64,000 nt of DNA, taken from the NCBI GenBank assembly GCA_050015075.1, contig JBEKCB010000002.1, positions 96,001 to 160,000 of the forward strand, read 5' to 3'. Position numbers and translations under genes: made by a program. Origin of the DNA: Candidatus Brocadiia bacterium (GTDB lineage Bacteria; Planctomycetota; Brocadiia; CAIUPP01). Of the stretch, positions 53,296 through 62,565 are shown one piece after another; position 1 is the first letter of the stretch, and each line of letters begins with the position of its first letter. The notes below the pieces were generated by a model. That model saw only the letters and a program-made list of their open reading frames with translations, ran no database searches and had not been told where the DNA came from.

Positions 53296-53792
53296 AAACC
53301 ATATTGGCGCGCCGAAGCATTCGCCGGTACACGTCCGAACCGGTCGAGGACAAACTGGTTCACGACCTGCTGGAAGCGGCGATGGCCGCGCCTTCGGCGG
53401 GAGACGAGCGCCCATGGGAGTTCATCGTCCTGCGCGACCGAGCGGCGCTCGACGCGATTCCGGCCATTCATCCGTACGCGCAGATGGCTAGGGAAGCGCA
53501 GGTGGCCATCGTGGTCTGCGGCGACCTGGAGAAGCAGAAGTACGAGGGGTTCTGGGTCCAGGATTGCTCGGCCGCCACGGAGAACCTGCTCCTCGCCGTC
53601 ACCGACGCGGGGCTGGGCGCGGTCTGGTGCGGGATCTACCCGCTGGATGAGCGCGTTGAGGCGTTTCGAAAGCTCCTGGGAACGCCGCCCCATATCGTGC
53701 CCTTCGCGCTCGTCCCGATCGGCCGGCCGGCGGAAAAGAAAGGGCCGGCCCGGCGATACGACGCTGCGCGCGTGCATCAGGATAAATGGTAG
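53292..53792 (+). CDS. Nitroreductase family protein
   Basis: RRSIRRY, AAMAAPSA...PWEF, QDCSAATENLLLA..GLGAVW. Confidence 0.92.
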   Translation: MKTILARRSIRRYTSEPVEDKLVHDLLEAAMAAPSAGDERPWEFIVLRDRAALDAIPAIHPYAQMAREAQVAIVVCGDLEKQKYEGFWVQDCSAATENLLLAVTDAGLGAVWCGIYPLDERVEAFRKLLGTPPHIVPFALVPIGRPAEKKGPARRYDAARVHQDKW

Positions 53793-54063
53793 AAGGTTGT
53801 TCGAGACGGGCGGCCGCCGAAGAATTGCTTGACGCGGGTGAGGTCAGTGCTCACAATATGAGTTGCACGTCTGCAGCTTGACGACATGGGCCACCGCTCG
53901 CGGCCTTTGCGCCGTGAGAAGGAACCTATGCAGAAAGGAGGAGGCCCGATACAGGATGAACAGATCCGCAGGAGACGGTCCACACGAGAACGCGGCAAGC
54001 AGGGACGATAAAGCATAGGTGTCATTGGAACTGTCGGCGTGTGAACGCCGAACTGGAGGAGAG

Positions 54064-55293
54064 ATGAAGAGCACAAATCGCGTGATCGGCGCCGCATTGG
54101 CGGCACTGGTCCTGGCCGGCGCGCCCCGCATCTTCGCGCAGGATTGGCCTCAGTGGCGCGGCCCTGACCGGAACGACAAGGTGACAGGGTTCACCGCGCC
54201 CCAGACATGGCCGAAGGAGCTGACGCTGAAGTGGAAAGCGACGGTCGGCCCGGGCGACGCAACGCCGGCGCTGGTGGGCGACAAGCTTTACGTCTTTTCG
54301 CGACAGGGCGGCGATGAAGTCACCACCTGTTTCGCCGTCGCCACCGGAAAGCCGCTGTGGGAGAACAAGTACGCGGCGAAAGCGGTGACCGGACCGGCCG
54401 CCCGGCATCCGGGCCCCAGAGGCTCGCCCGCGGTCGCGGAGGGAAAGGTCGTCACGCTCGGCGCGGATGGGACCCTCTCCTGCCTGGACGCCGCGTCCGG
54501 CAAAGAGTTATGGCGCAAGGACGAGTTCCCCGGCGTCGTGCCCAAATTCTTCACGGGCATGTCGCCCGTCATCGTGGATGGAATGGCCATCGCGTATCTG
54601 GGCGGCCCGGGCAATGGCGCGATCATGGCGCTCGACGCGACCTCCGGCGACGTGAAGTGGAAGTGGGATGGCGCGGGCCCGGACTATGGGTCGCCGGTCG
54701 TGATGACGGCATGCGGCGTGAAGCAGCTCGTGACGCTGACCGAGAAAAGCCTGGTCGGGATCGCGCTGTCCGATGGGAAACTCCTGTGGCAGGTCCCGTT
54801 CCCGATCCAGGGAATGGCCTACAACGCCGCCACGCCGATCGTGGACGGCGACATGGTGATCTACACCGGCCAGAACCGCGGCACCAAAGCCGTGAAAATC
54901 GAAAAGCAGGGTGACGTCTTTACCGCCAAAGAGGTTTGGAGCAACCCGGACGTCAGCGTGCAGTTCAACACGCCCGTGCTCAACGGCGGCCTGCTCTTCG
55001 GCCTGTCCGACAAGGGCACGTTCTTCTGCCTGGACGCCAAGACCGGCAAGACGGACTGGGTTGACACGACCAAGCGCGGCGGGAACTTCGCGGCCATTCT
55101 CGACGCCGGCTCGGTGATCCTCGCCCTGCCCAGCACCTCCGAACTGATTGCCTTCAAGCCCAGCGACAAGGGTTACGACGAACTCGCGAAGATCAAGGTC
55201 GCCGAGACGCCGACCTACGCGCATCCGGTGATCGCGGGGAACAGGATTTTCGTGAAGGACCAGGACACGGTGGCGATGTTGACGATCGAGTGA
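54064..55293 (+). CDS. Secreted PQQ-like beta-propeller repeat protein
   Basis: Signal peptide, DWPQWRGP.R, repeated LDA.TGK.LW units, AHPVIAG.RIFVKD. Confidence 0.88.
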   Translation: MKSTNRVIGAALAALVLAGAPRIFAQDWPQWRGPDRNDKVTGFTAPQTWPKELTLKWKATVGPGDATPALVGDKLYVFSRQGGDEVTTCFAVATGKPLWENKYAAKAVTGPAARHPGPRGSPAVAEGKVVTLGADGTLSCLDAASGKELWRKDEFPGVVPKFFTGMSPVIVDGMAIAYLGGPGNGAIMALDATSGDVKWKWDGAGPDYGSPVVMTACGVKQLVTLTEKSLVGIALSDGKLLWQVPFPIQGMAYNAATPIVDGDMVIYTGQNRGTKAVKIEKQGDVFTAKEVWSNPDVSVQFNTPVLNGGLLFGLSDKGTFFCLDAKTGKTDWVDTTKRGGNFAAILDAGSVILALPSTSELIAFKPSDKGYDELAKIKVAETPTYAHPVIAGNRIFVKDQDTVAMLTIE

Positions 55294-55379
55294 GAAGCCG
55301 TGTTCGATATGCCCGAGCCTGTCCGATGGGAACGGCACGCCCTTCAAACGGACGTGCCGTCCCTTTTTCAGGAGAGACC

Positions 55380-56708
55380 ATGCCCGCCCGATCGGATGCC
55401 GCGAATGCGGGCGGCAGTCGGCGGCTGCGCCGGCTGACGGTAACGCCGCTGCTGGCGGCTGCGCTGTTCTCCGGCGCGGCCATGGGCGCCGCGAACTCCA
55501 ATGACGCCGGCTCGTTCAAGGATAACTGGCCGCGGTTTCGAGGCCCGGACGGGACGGGCGTCGTGAAGTCGGGCGACTGGCCGACGAAATGGGACGCCGA
55601 GACCGGCGAGAACGTCCTCTGGAAGACGGCGGTCCCGCTGCCGGGCAACAGCTCGCCGTTGCTCTGGGGCAACCGGGTTTTCCTCACCGGCGCGGACGCG
55701 GACCGGCAGGAAGTGCTGTGCTTCGAGCGCAGCTCCGGAAAGCTGCTCTGGAGGACGGCGGCGGCGGCGCCGCGGGGCGACGCCGCGCATGGCGACATCA
55801 AGGTCCTGCCGGAGACCGGCTATGCCTCGCCGACGCCCGCGACGGACGGCAGGCGGGTCTATGCGACATACGCCGGCAGCGACATCGCGGCAGTGGACTT
55901 CAACGGCAAGGTCGTCTGGTCGCGGAACCTGGGCAAGCCGGAAAGCCCGTACGGGCGCGCGAGTTCCCTGCTCGTCTATAAGGATAAGGTGATCGTCCAG
56001 TTCGACCGCGGCGCGGAGCCGGCGGACGGCCTGTCCGCCCTCCTGGCGCTGGACGCGAAGACCGGGAAGACCGTATGGAGCGCGCCGCGGCCCGTGCGAA
56101 GCTGCTGGTGCACGCCCATTCTGGTCCCCGTCGGAGAACGCATCGAGGTGGTGGCCAACGGCAGTCCATGGATCATGGCCTGCGACCCGGAGACCGGCAG
56201 GGAGTTGTGGCGCTGCGCCGGCATGGCGGACGACGTGGCGTGCTCGCCCACGTTCGCGGCGGGGCTGATCTTCGTCACGAACGAGAACGCGAAGGTGCTC
56301 GCGATCCGCCCCGGCGGCGCGGGCGACGTGACGCGAACGAACGTCGCATGGAGCGCCGAGGACGGCATGTCCGACGCGGCAAGCCCAGTCGCCGACGACA
56401 AGTTCTTCCTCCAGGCGACCACCGGCGGCCGGGTTACGTGCTACGGCGTCAGGAGCGGCAAGCTGCTCTGGGACCAACTGCTCGGCTGCGCGTTCTACGC
56501 TTCGCCGACCCTCGCCGGCAACCGGGTCTATCTGCCGGGCGGCGACGGCAAAGTCTACATTCTCGAACTCGCGGATAAACCCGATCTCGTGGCGGCGTGC
56601 AACCTGGGCGAGCCGCTGCTCGCGACGCCGGCCTTCGGAGACGGCTGCATTTACTTCCGAGGCAAGACGAGCCTGTTCTGCGTCGGCTCGAGTACAAAGA
56701 CGCGATGA
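55380..56708 (+). CDS. Second PQQ-like beta-propeller repeat protein
   Basis: NWPRFRGPDG.G, ENVLWKT..P..G.SSP, ASPTPATDG, ATPA. Confidence 0.85.
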   Translation: MPARSDAANAGGSRRLRRLTVTPLLAAALFSGAAMGAANSNDAGSFKDNWPRFRGPDGTGVVKSGDWPTKWDAETGENVLWKTAVPLPGNSSPLLWGNRVFLTGADADRQEVLCFERSSGKLLWRTAAAAPRGDAAHGDIKVLPETGYASPTPATDGRRVYATYAGSDIAAVDFNGKVVWSRNLGKPESPYGRASSLLVYKDKVIVQFDRGAEPADGLSALLALDAKTGKTVWSAPRPVRSCWCTPILVPVGERIEVVANGSPWIMACDPETGRELWRCAGMADDVACSPTFAAGLIFVTNENAKVLAIRPGGAGDVTRTNVAWSAEDGMSDAASPVADDKFFLQATTGGRVTCYGVRSGKLLWDQLLGCAFYASPTLAGNRVYLPGGDGKVYILELADKPDLVAACNLGEPLLATPAFGDGCIYFRGKTSLFCVGSSTKTR

Positions 56709-56743
56709 CGAATCCCGGCATGGTTCCTGTGAAAGGCGCTTAG

Positions 56744-58126
56744 ATGAAACCGAAATCAACGCGAAGCGCGCGGACGGCGGCTCATGGCGATACGTCCTGG
56801 TTGGTCCACGACCGCTTCGGCCTGTTCATCCACTGGGGCCTGTACGCCCTGCCCGCGCGGCACGAGTGGGTGCGCCACAACGAGCAGATTCCCCATGAGG
56901 AGTACGAGAAGTACTTCAAGCGCTTCGACCCGGACCTGTACGATCCGAAGCTCTGGGCGCAGACGGCCTCGCAGGCGGGGATGAAATACTTCGTCGTTAC
57001 CACCAAGCACCACGAGGGCTTCTGCCTCTGGGACAGCAAGCTGACCGACTACAAGGCCCCAAACACGCCCGCCGGAAGGGACCTGCTGCGGCCGATGGTC
57101 GAGGCGTTCCGGCGGGAAAATCTCCGGGTCGGGTTTTACCATTCGCTGATTGACTGGCACCATCCGCAGTATGTCCTCGACCCGCATATCGGTCCCTACC
57201 GCGCGCATGCGGACCGCGAGAAGATGAACCGGGGCCGCGATCAGAGGAAGTACGCCGCCTATCTGCACGGGCAAGTCAGGGAGCTGCTCACGCAGTTCGG
57301 CAAGGTGGACGTCATGTGGTTCGACTTCAGCTACCCCAAGCCCGACGGCAGCGGCAAAGGGCGCGAGGACTGGCAGAGCGAAAAACTCGTCCAACTGGTG
57401 CGAAAGCTCCAGCCCAGGGTCGTCCTGAACGATCGCCTCGACCTGCCCGCGGCCTGGGACATCAAGACCGCCGAGCAGACCCAGCCGCGCGGATGGCTGA
57501 CGGTCGCCGGCAAGCGGGTGACGTGGGAAGCCTGCCAGACCTTCTCCGGCTCCTGGGGCTACCACCGCGACGAGAGTTCATGGCGCAGCACGGACGAGTT
57601 GATCCGCACGGTGATTGACTGCGTGAGCAAAGGCGGCAACCTGCTCCTGAACGTCGGCCCCACCGCTCGCGGGGAATTCGACGAGCGGGCGATGGATCGC
57701 CTGCAGGGCATCGGCCAATGGATGAAGCGCCACAGCCGCAGCATCTACGGCTGCACCCAAGCGCCCGAGGAATTCGTTTGTCCGAAGAATTGCTCGCTCA
57801 CTTACAATCCGGAGAAGAAGCGCCTTTACGTACACGTGCTGGCGTGGCCCTACAAGCACCTGCATCTCATCGGAAAGGCCTATGTCGAGCGCGTGGAGTA
57901 CGCCCAGTTGCTCAACGATGCCAGCGAGATTCGGACCGGCCTGGACAGTTGGCATGCCACCCAGATCGGCGAGGCCGACGAAACGCCCGTGCTCAATCCC
58001 GCCGACACGGCGGACGCCGACGGCCGCAAGGGACAGATCGGCTCGACCCATTACGCGCTCGTGCTCAACCTGCCGGCGCAGAAGCCGAATGTGGCCGTGC
58101 CGGTGATCGAACTGTTCCTGAAATAG
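56744..58126 (+). CDS. Alpha-L-fucosidase (GH29)
   Basis: RFGLFIHWGLYA, AGMKYFVVTTKHHEGFCLWDS, MWFD, SKGGNLLLNVGP. Confidence 0.93.
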   Translation: MKPKSTRSARTAAHGDTSWLVHDRFGLFIHWGLYALPARHEWVRHNEQIPHEEYEKYFKRFDPDLYDPKLWAQTASQAGMKYFVVTTKHHEGFCLWDSKLTDYKAPNTPAGRDLLRPMVEAFRRENLRVGFYHSLIDWHHPQYVLDPHIGPYRAHADREKMNRGRDQRKYAAYLHGQVRELLTQFGKVDVMWFDFSYPKPDGSGKGREDWQSEKLVQLVRKLQPRVVLNDRLDLPAAWDIKTAEQTQPRGWLTVAGKRVTWEACQTFSGSWGYHRDESSWRSTDELIRTVIDCVSKGGNLLLNVGPTARGEFDERAMDRLQGIGQWMKRHSRSIYGCTQAPEEFVCPKNCSLTYNPEKKRLYVHVLAWPYKHLHLIGKAYVERVEYAQLLNDASEIRTGLDSWHATQIGEADETPVLNPADTADADGRKGQIGSTHYALVLNLPAQKPNVAVPVIELFLK

Positions 58127-58241
58127 GCCAGCGGCGGGCGCGGCCGCCGGAACACTGCTTGACGGGGGCGGCCTGAGTCGTAAGAATAGGACGCGTGCTG
58201 CCGGACCGTTGTGCTGTTCCCTCGAACGCAAATGAAGAGCC

Positions 58242-58862
58242 ATGGAGGCCAGGATGAAGGAACCGAAGAAGTCCACTAAAGGCGCCGCCGCTGTCGGCGG
58301 CAACCGTGTTGCGAAAGCCGAGAGCGCCAAAGCGCCCGCGGTTGAGGTTCGGCGAGAGCCTCCGGCAACGGAAACGCGCCCCGCCGCCGCGCCGATCGCG
58401 AGCGCGCAAGCGCCGGACGCGGCAACGCAGGGAGTCCTGGCGGAATTGGCGGCGCTTCGCCGGATGCTGGAGCGGCTCTCCGCGCCGCCGCCGACGGCCG
58501 ATGCGGCGCTGGAGAGCGGCGTGGATTCCATGCGGCGGTTGCTGACCGAGCTGCTCGAATCGCGCATGGATCCGGTCATCGCGGAGGTCGCGGCCATTCG
58601 CTCCCTGGCCGCCTCCGAAACGAAGGGAAAGGTCCGCTCCGTCGTGGACCGCCTCGACCTGCTCCTGAACGACATGGGAGCAGTCCGGTTCGAGGCGCAG
58701 CGGCTGGATTACTTCGACCCGCTCATCCACCAGGCGCTTGCGGAGCGGCAGGACGCAAATGCGCCCGACCGCGTGGTGCTGGAGACGGTCGTCCCGGGCT
58801 ATCGCACCTGCCGCGGCCGGGTGGTCGCCAAGGCCGGCGTGGCCATCAACCGGAGGGCTTGA
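58242..58862 (+). CDS. GrpE-like nucleotide exchange factor (divergent)
   Basis: FDPLIHQAL, VLETVVPGY..GRVV.KA.V after a coiled coil. Confidence 0.7.
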   Translation: MEARMKEPKKSTKGAAAVGGNRVAKAESAKAPAVEVRREPPATETRPAAAPIASAQAPDAATQGVLAELAALRRMLERLSAPPPTADAALESGVDSMRRLLTELLESRMDPVIAEVAAIRSLAASETKGKVRSVVDRLDLLLNDMGAVRFEAQRLDYFDPLIHQALAERQDANAPDRVVLETVVPGYRTCRGRVVAKAGVAINRRA

Positions 58863-58866
58863 CGCG

Positions 58867-60444
58867 GTGCGGCTGGGGATTGACTACGGCACGACGAACA
58901 CGGTGGTGGTGTGCAGCGACCGCGGCCGCTATCCGGTGGTGCTCCACATGACGGAGACGGCGATCGGCCCCGTTGCGCGGGAGGTGTTCCCGTCGGCGGT
59001 CGTCTACGACCGGCAAACCGGCCGGCTGATTTTCGGCGCCGACGTGGAGCGATGCCTTTGCCGGCCCGGCGCGGAGGAGCAGTACGCGCTCATCGAATCG
59101 CCCAAGCGGCTGATGCGCGACTACGCCGAGGGCCTGCGGTTCCGCCGCGACATCCGGCCCGAGGGGTTCGACGCGATGACGATCGTCGGCGAGTTCGCGC
59201 AGGCGCTGCGCGAATCGGTCCTCCGTTCGGGCCTCTTTCCGGAGAACGAGCCGCTCGAGACGGTCATCACCTGGCCGACCAACGCGAACGGCGCGCAGCG
59301 CTACGTGACGCGGCAGTGCTTCAAGAAGGCCGGCTTCGACGTGCTGGACGCGCTCAACGAGCCGAGCGCGGCGGCCATCGAGTTCGCGGACCGGATGAAC
59401 CGGGGCAACCGCATCCTCGCGCGGCGGTTCACGGCGTCGGCGGCCATCTTCGACCTCGGCGGCGGCACGTTCGACGCCGCGCTCGTCCAGATCGCCGAGG
59501 GCAATTTCCGCGTCGTGGCCTCCGGCGGCGTCGAGCGGCTGGGCGGAGACGATTTCGACGAGATCCTCGCGCGGCGCTTTGCGCGAGAATTCGGCACGAC
59601 GCTCGAGGAGCTGCCGCCCTTCCCGCGGTCCCTGCTGCTGATGCGGGCCCGGCAGATCAAGGAGAACATCAGCTCCGGCGCCGGCCGCTGGCTGACCCTG
59701 TCGGCGGAAGACGCCGGGTTGAGCGGCGGGATCGCGCGGGTGCCCGTGGCGGAATATTTTGCGGACCTCTCCGTGCTGCTGGAGCCGGCCCTGGAGAAAC
59801 TGCACGGGCTCATCAACGGCGAAGCGGCGCGCCAGGCCGGGATCACGACGGAGACTCTCGTCGGCATCTACCTCGTCGGCGGCTCGTCCAAGCTGCCGCT
59901 CGTTCCCCACATGATCGCGCGCCGGTTCCCGGGCGTGCGATTGATCGTCAGCGACAAGCCGTTCAGCTCCACGGCCACCGGGGCGGCGATCCATGGCGCG
60001 GAGTCCGTCCGGTTGCAGGATATTCTCTCGCGCAATTTCGGCGTCATGCGCCTGGCGGACTACGGGCGGCGGGAATACTTCGCGCCGGTTTTCAAAGCCG
60101 GCATGCCGCTCCCGCAGCGCGGCGCGGCCGCGCTCCGCTCGCAGGTGCGCTATGCGCCCCGCCACAACATCGGCCACTTGCGCTACCTGGAATGCGCCGG
60201 GCTGGACTCGGCCGGGCGGCCGTCGGAGGGCGTCCGGGCGTGGTCGGAACTGCTTTTCCCGTACGACCCGGCGATCCCGATCGCCCAGCACCTTGAGCCG
60301 GGCATGGTCCGCGACCGGGAGGATCTGCACGACAAGTGGGTCTGCGAGACCTATTCCTGCGATTCCGACGGCGTCATCACCGTCTCCATCCAGCGCTTGT
60401 GCGACGACCAGTCGCGCACCTATGAGGTCTTCCAGAGCCAGTGA
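58867..60444 (+). CDS. Atypical Hsp70-family protein
   Basis: LGIDYGTTNT, LNEPSAAAI, FDLGGGTFD, LGGDDFD, LVGGSSKLP, GAAI; short C-terminal domain. Confidence 0.85.
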   Translation: MRLGIDYGTTNTVVVCSDRGRYPVVLHMTETAIGPVAREVFPSAVVYDRQTGRLIFGADVERCLCRPGAEEQYALIESPKRLMRDYAEGLRFRRDIRPEGFDAMTIVGEFAQALRESVLRSGLFPENEPLETVITWPTNANGAQRYVTRQCFKKAGFDVLDALNEPSAAAIEFADRMNRGNRILARRFTASAAIFDLGGGTFDAALVQIAEGNFRVVASGGVERLGGDDFDEILARRFAREFGTTLEELPPFPRSLLLMRARQIKENISSGAGRWLTLSAEDAGLSGGIARVPVAEYFADLSVLLEPALEKLHGLINGEAARQAGITTETLVGIYLVGGSSKLPLVPHMIARRFPGVRLIVSDKPFSSTATGAAIHGAESVRLQDILSRNFGVMRLADYGRREYFAPVFKAGMPLPQRGAAALRSQVRYAPRHNIGHLRYLECAGLDSAGRPSEGVRAWSELLFPYDPAIPIAQHLEPGMVRDREDLHDKWVCETYSCDSDGVITVSIQRLCDDQSRTYEVFQSQ

Positions 60445-60491
60445 GGCTGCGGCCGTCAGTTTCTGATGCCGGCCATTTAAGGAGGCGACAC

Positions 60492-61943
60492 GTGGGACAG
60501 ACATGCAGGAACTACATCGGCGGCAAGTGGGTGGCGTCTGCGTCGAAGGAGGTCAACAAGCTGACGAACCCGGCGACCGGGGAATCGCTGGGCGAGGTGG
60601 CGATGTCCACGGCCGACGAGGTCCGCTCGGCGATCGGCGCGGCTCACAAGGCGTTTCCGGAGTGGCGCCGCGTTCCGCCGCTGACCCGCGCGCGCTACCT
60701 GCTGCGGCTGCGCGACAAGCTGGAGGAGGAGTTCGACGATTTCGCCGCCGTGGTCACGCGCGAGCACGGCAAGGCGATTGACGAATCGCGCGGCGAGGTC
60801 CGGCGCGCTATCGAGATGCTCGAGGTGGCCGCGGGAATTCCCTCCCTGATGCAGGGCTACAACTCTGAGGACATCGCGCCGGGCATTGACGAGTACGCCA
60901 TCTGGCAGCCGCTCGGCGTGTTCGCCTGTCTCGCGCCCTTCAACTTTCCGGCCATGGTGCCGTTCTGGTTCTTCCCCTTCGCCATCGCCACCGGCAACAC
61001 CTACGTGGTCAAACCGTCTCCTATCGTGCCGCTCACCATGCAGAAAGCCTTCGAGCTCATTGAGGATATTGACCTCCCGCCCGGCGTCCTGAACCTGGTG
61101 AACGGCGGCCCGGACGCCGCGAACGTCCTCATGGGCAGCCGCGAGGTCATCGGCATATCGTTCGTCGGCTCCTCCGCGATCGCCCGCATCGTCTACAAGA
61201 CCGCCGCCGCGGCGGGGCAGCGCGTCCAGGCGCAGGGCGGCGCGAAGAATTTCCTGACCGTCATGCCCGACGCGAACCTCGACAAGGCGATCCCCAACAT
61301 CATGACCTCTGTCTACGGCTGCACCGGCCAGCGCTGCCTCTCCGGCAGCGTGGTGCTCGCCGTCGGGGACACTTACGCCGAGCTGAAGCGGCGCATGGTC
61401 GAGGCGGCGTCGCGGCTCAAGGTGGGCAACGGGATGGACGAAAGCATCGAGATGGGCCCGCTCACGACGCCCGCCAAGAAGAAGAGCGTCCTGGACTGGA
61501 TCGCCGTCGGCGAGTCGGAAGGCGCGAAGCTGGTCCTCGACGGCCGGAAACTGAAGGTCGCCGGCCTGCCCGATAGCTGCTTCATCGGCCCCTCCATTTT
61601 CGATGAGGTGAAGCCGAACATGAAGATCGCGCAGGAGGAGATTTTCGGCCCGGTCGCCGCGCTGGTCCGCGTCAAGAACCTGGAGGAGGCGATGGCCACG
61701 GTGAACGCCAGCCGTTACGGCAACGCCTCGACGATTTACACCAGCTCCGGCGGCGCGGCGCGGGAATACCGCTACGGCGTGAACTGCGGCAACATCGGCG
61801 TCAACGTCGGCATCGTCGCGCCGATGGCGTTCTTCCCCTTCGGCGGGCGCAAGGAGTCGTTCTTCGGTGATCTCCATGGCCAGGGAAAGGACTCCATCCA
61901 GTTCTTCACCGATCGGAAAGTGGTCATCGAGAGGTGGATGTAG
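60492..61943 (+). CDS. mmsA: CoA-acylating (methyl)malonate-semialdehyde dehydrogenase
   Basis: PLGV...PFNFPAMVP.W, ISFVGS, RVQAQGGAKN, GCTGQRC, EEIFGPV, F.FGG.K.SFFGDLH..G; RBS AAGGAGG. Confidence 0.88.
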   Translation: MGQTCRNYIGGKWVASASKEVNKLTNPATGESLGEVAMSTADEVRSAIGAAHKAFPEWRRVPPLTRARYLLRLRDKLEEEFDDFAAVVTREHGKAIDESRGEVRRAIEMLEVAAGIPSLMQGYNSEDIAPGIDEYAIWQPLGVFACLAPFNFPAMVPFWFFPFAIATGNTYVVKPSPIVPLTMQKAFELIEDIDLPPGVLNLVNGGPDAANVLMGSREVIGISFVGSSAIARIVYKTAAAAGQRVQAQGGAKNFLTVMPDANLDKAIPNIMTSVYGCTGQRCLSGSVVLAVGDTYAELKRRMVEAASRLKVGNGMDESIEMGPLTTPAKKKSVLDWIAVGESEGAKLVLDGRKLKVAGLPDSCFIGPSIFDEVKPNMKIAQEEIFGPVAALVRVKNLEEAMATVNASRYGNASTIYTSSGGAAREYRYGVNCGNIGVNVGIVAPMAFFPFGGRKESFFGDLHGQGKDSIQFFTDRKVVIERWM

Positions 61944-61960
61944 GTGGAGCTGAACCGCTT

Positions 61961-62009
61961 GTAGTGGCGCCGTCAGGCGCTGCGTCGTACGCCCTGACGG
62001 GCACACTAC
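61961..62009 (+). repeat. GTAG-type REP doublet, copy 4 of 5
   Basis: GTAGTGGCGCCGTCAGGCGC..CGCCCTGACGGGCACACTAC. Confidence 0.9.
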
Positions 62010-62086
62010 GAGCAGCCAGAGCGCGCAGCGTACTGCGCGCGACATGACGCTGGCTGAAATGATGTTTTTGGGAGTAGATCAGCAGG

Positions 62087-62470
62087 ATGGAGCTCAACAA
62101 GTTCGGCGTCATCCTGAAGTTCGCCCTGGACATGGAGGAGCGCGCCGCGGAGTTCTACGAGGCCGCGGGGAACGCGGCCCCGTCGCTCGAGCGCAAATCC
62201 GCCGGCCAGGAAGCCCGCAAGAACATCGCGCGCCTTCAGCGGATGCGCCGCGAGCTTGTCAACGAAATGCTCCTGGAGCCCATCACCGGCTTCGACTATC
62301 CGCTCCCGCCGCCGCCGCCGAAGCCGGGCGCGGACCCGGCGGAGATCGCCGGGCACGAGGAAGCCCTGCGGACATTCCGTCGGAATTTCTATCGGACGGC
62401 GGCCCAGAAAATCGAGATCGTATCGCCGGCGGTCAGCCAGGTGTTCAACAAAATGGCTGACGCGCCTTGA
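62087..62470 (+). CDS. Ferritin/rubrerythrin-like four-helix protein (degenerate)
   Basis: ILKFALDMEE....FYE, second half E......FY; 127 aa. Confidence 0.6.
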   Translation: MELNKFGVILKFALDMEERAAEFYEAAGNAAPSLERKSAGQEARKNIARLQRMRRELVNEMLLEPITGFDYPLPPPPPKPGADPAEIAGHEEALRTFRRNFYRTAAQKIEIVSPAVSQVFNKMADAP

Positions 62471-62476
62471 GCGCTT

Positions 62477-62525
62477 GTAGTGGCGCCGTCAGGCGCTACT
62501 TCGTATGCCCTTACGGGCACACTAC
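62477..62525 (+). repeat. GTAG-type REP doublet, copy 5 of 5
   Basis: GTAGTGGCGCCGTCAGGCGC..TGCCCTTACGGGCACACTAC. Confidence 0.9.
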
Positions 62526-62565
62526 GAGCGAACGGTTTTGCGCGAAGCTTGTTAGGAGAGAGGCC

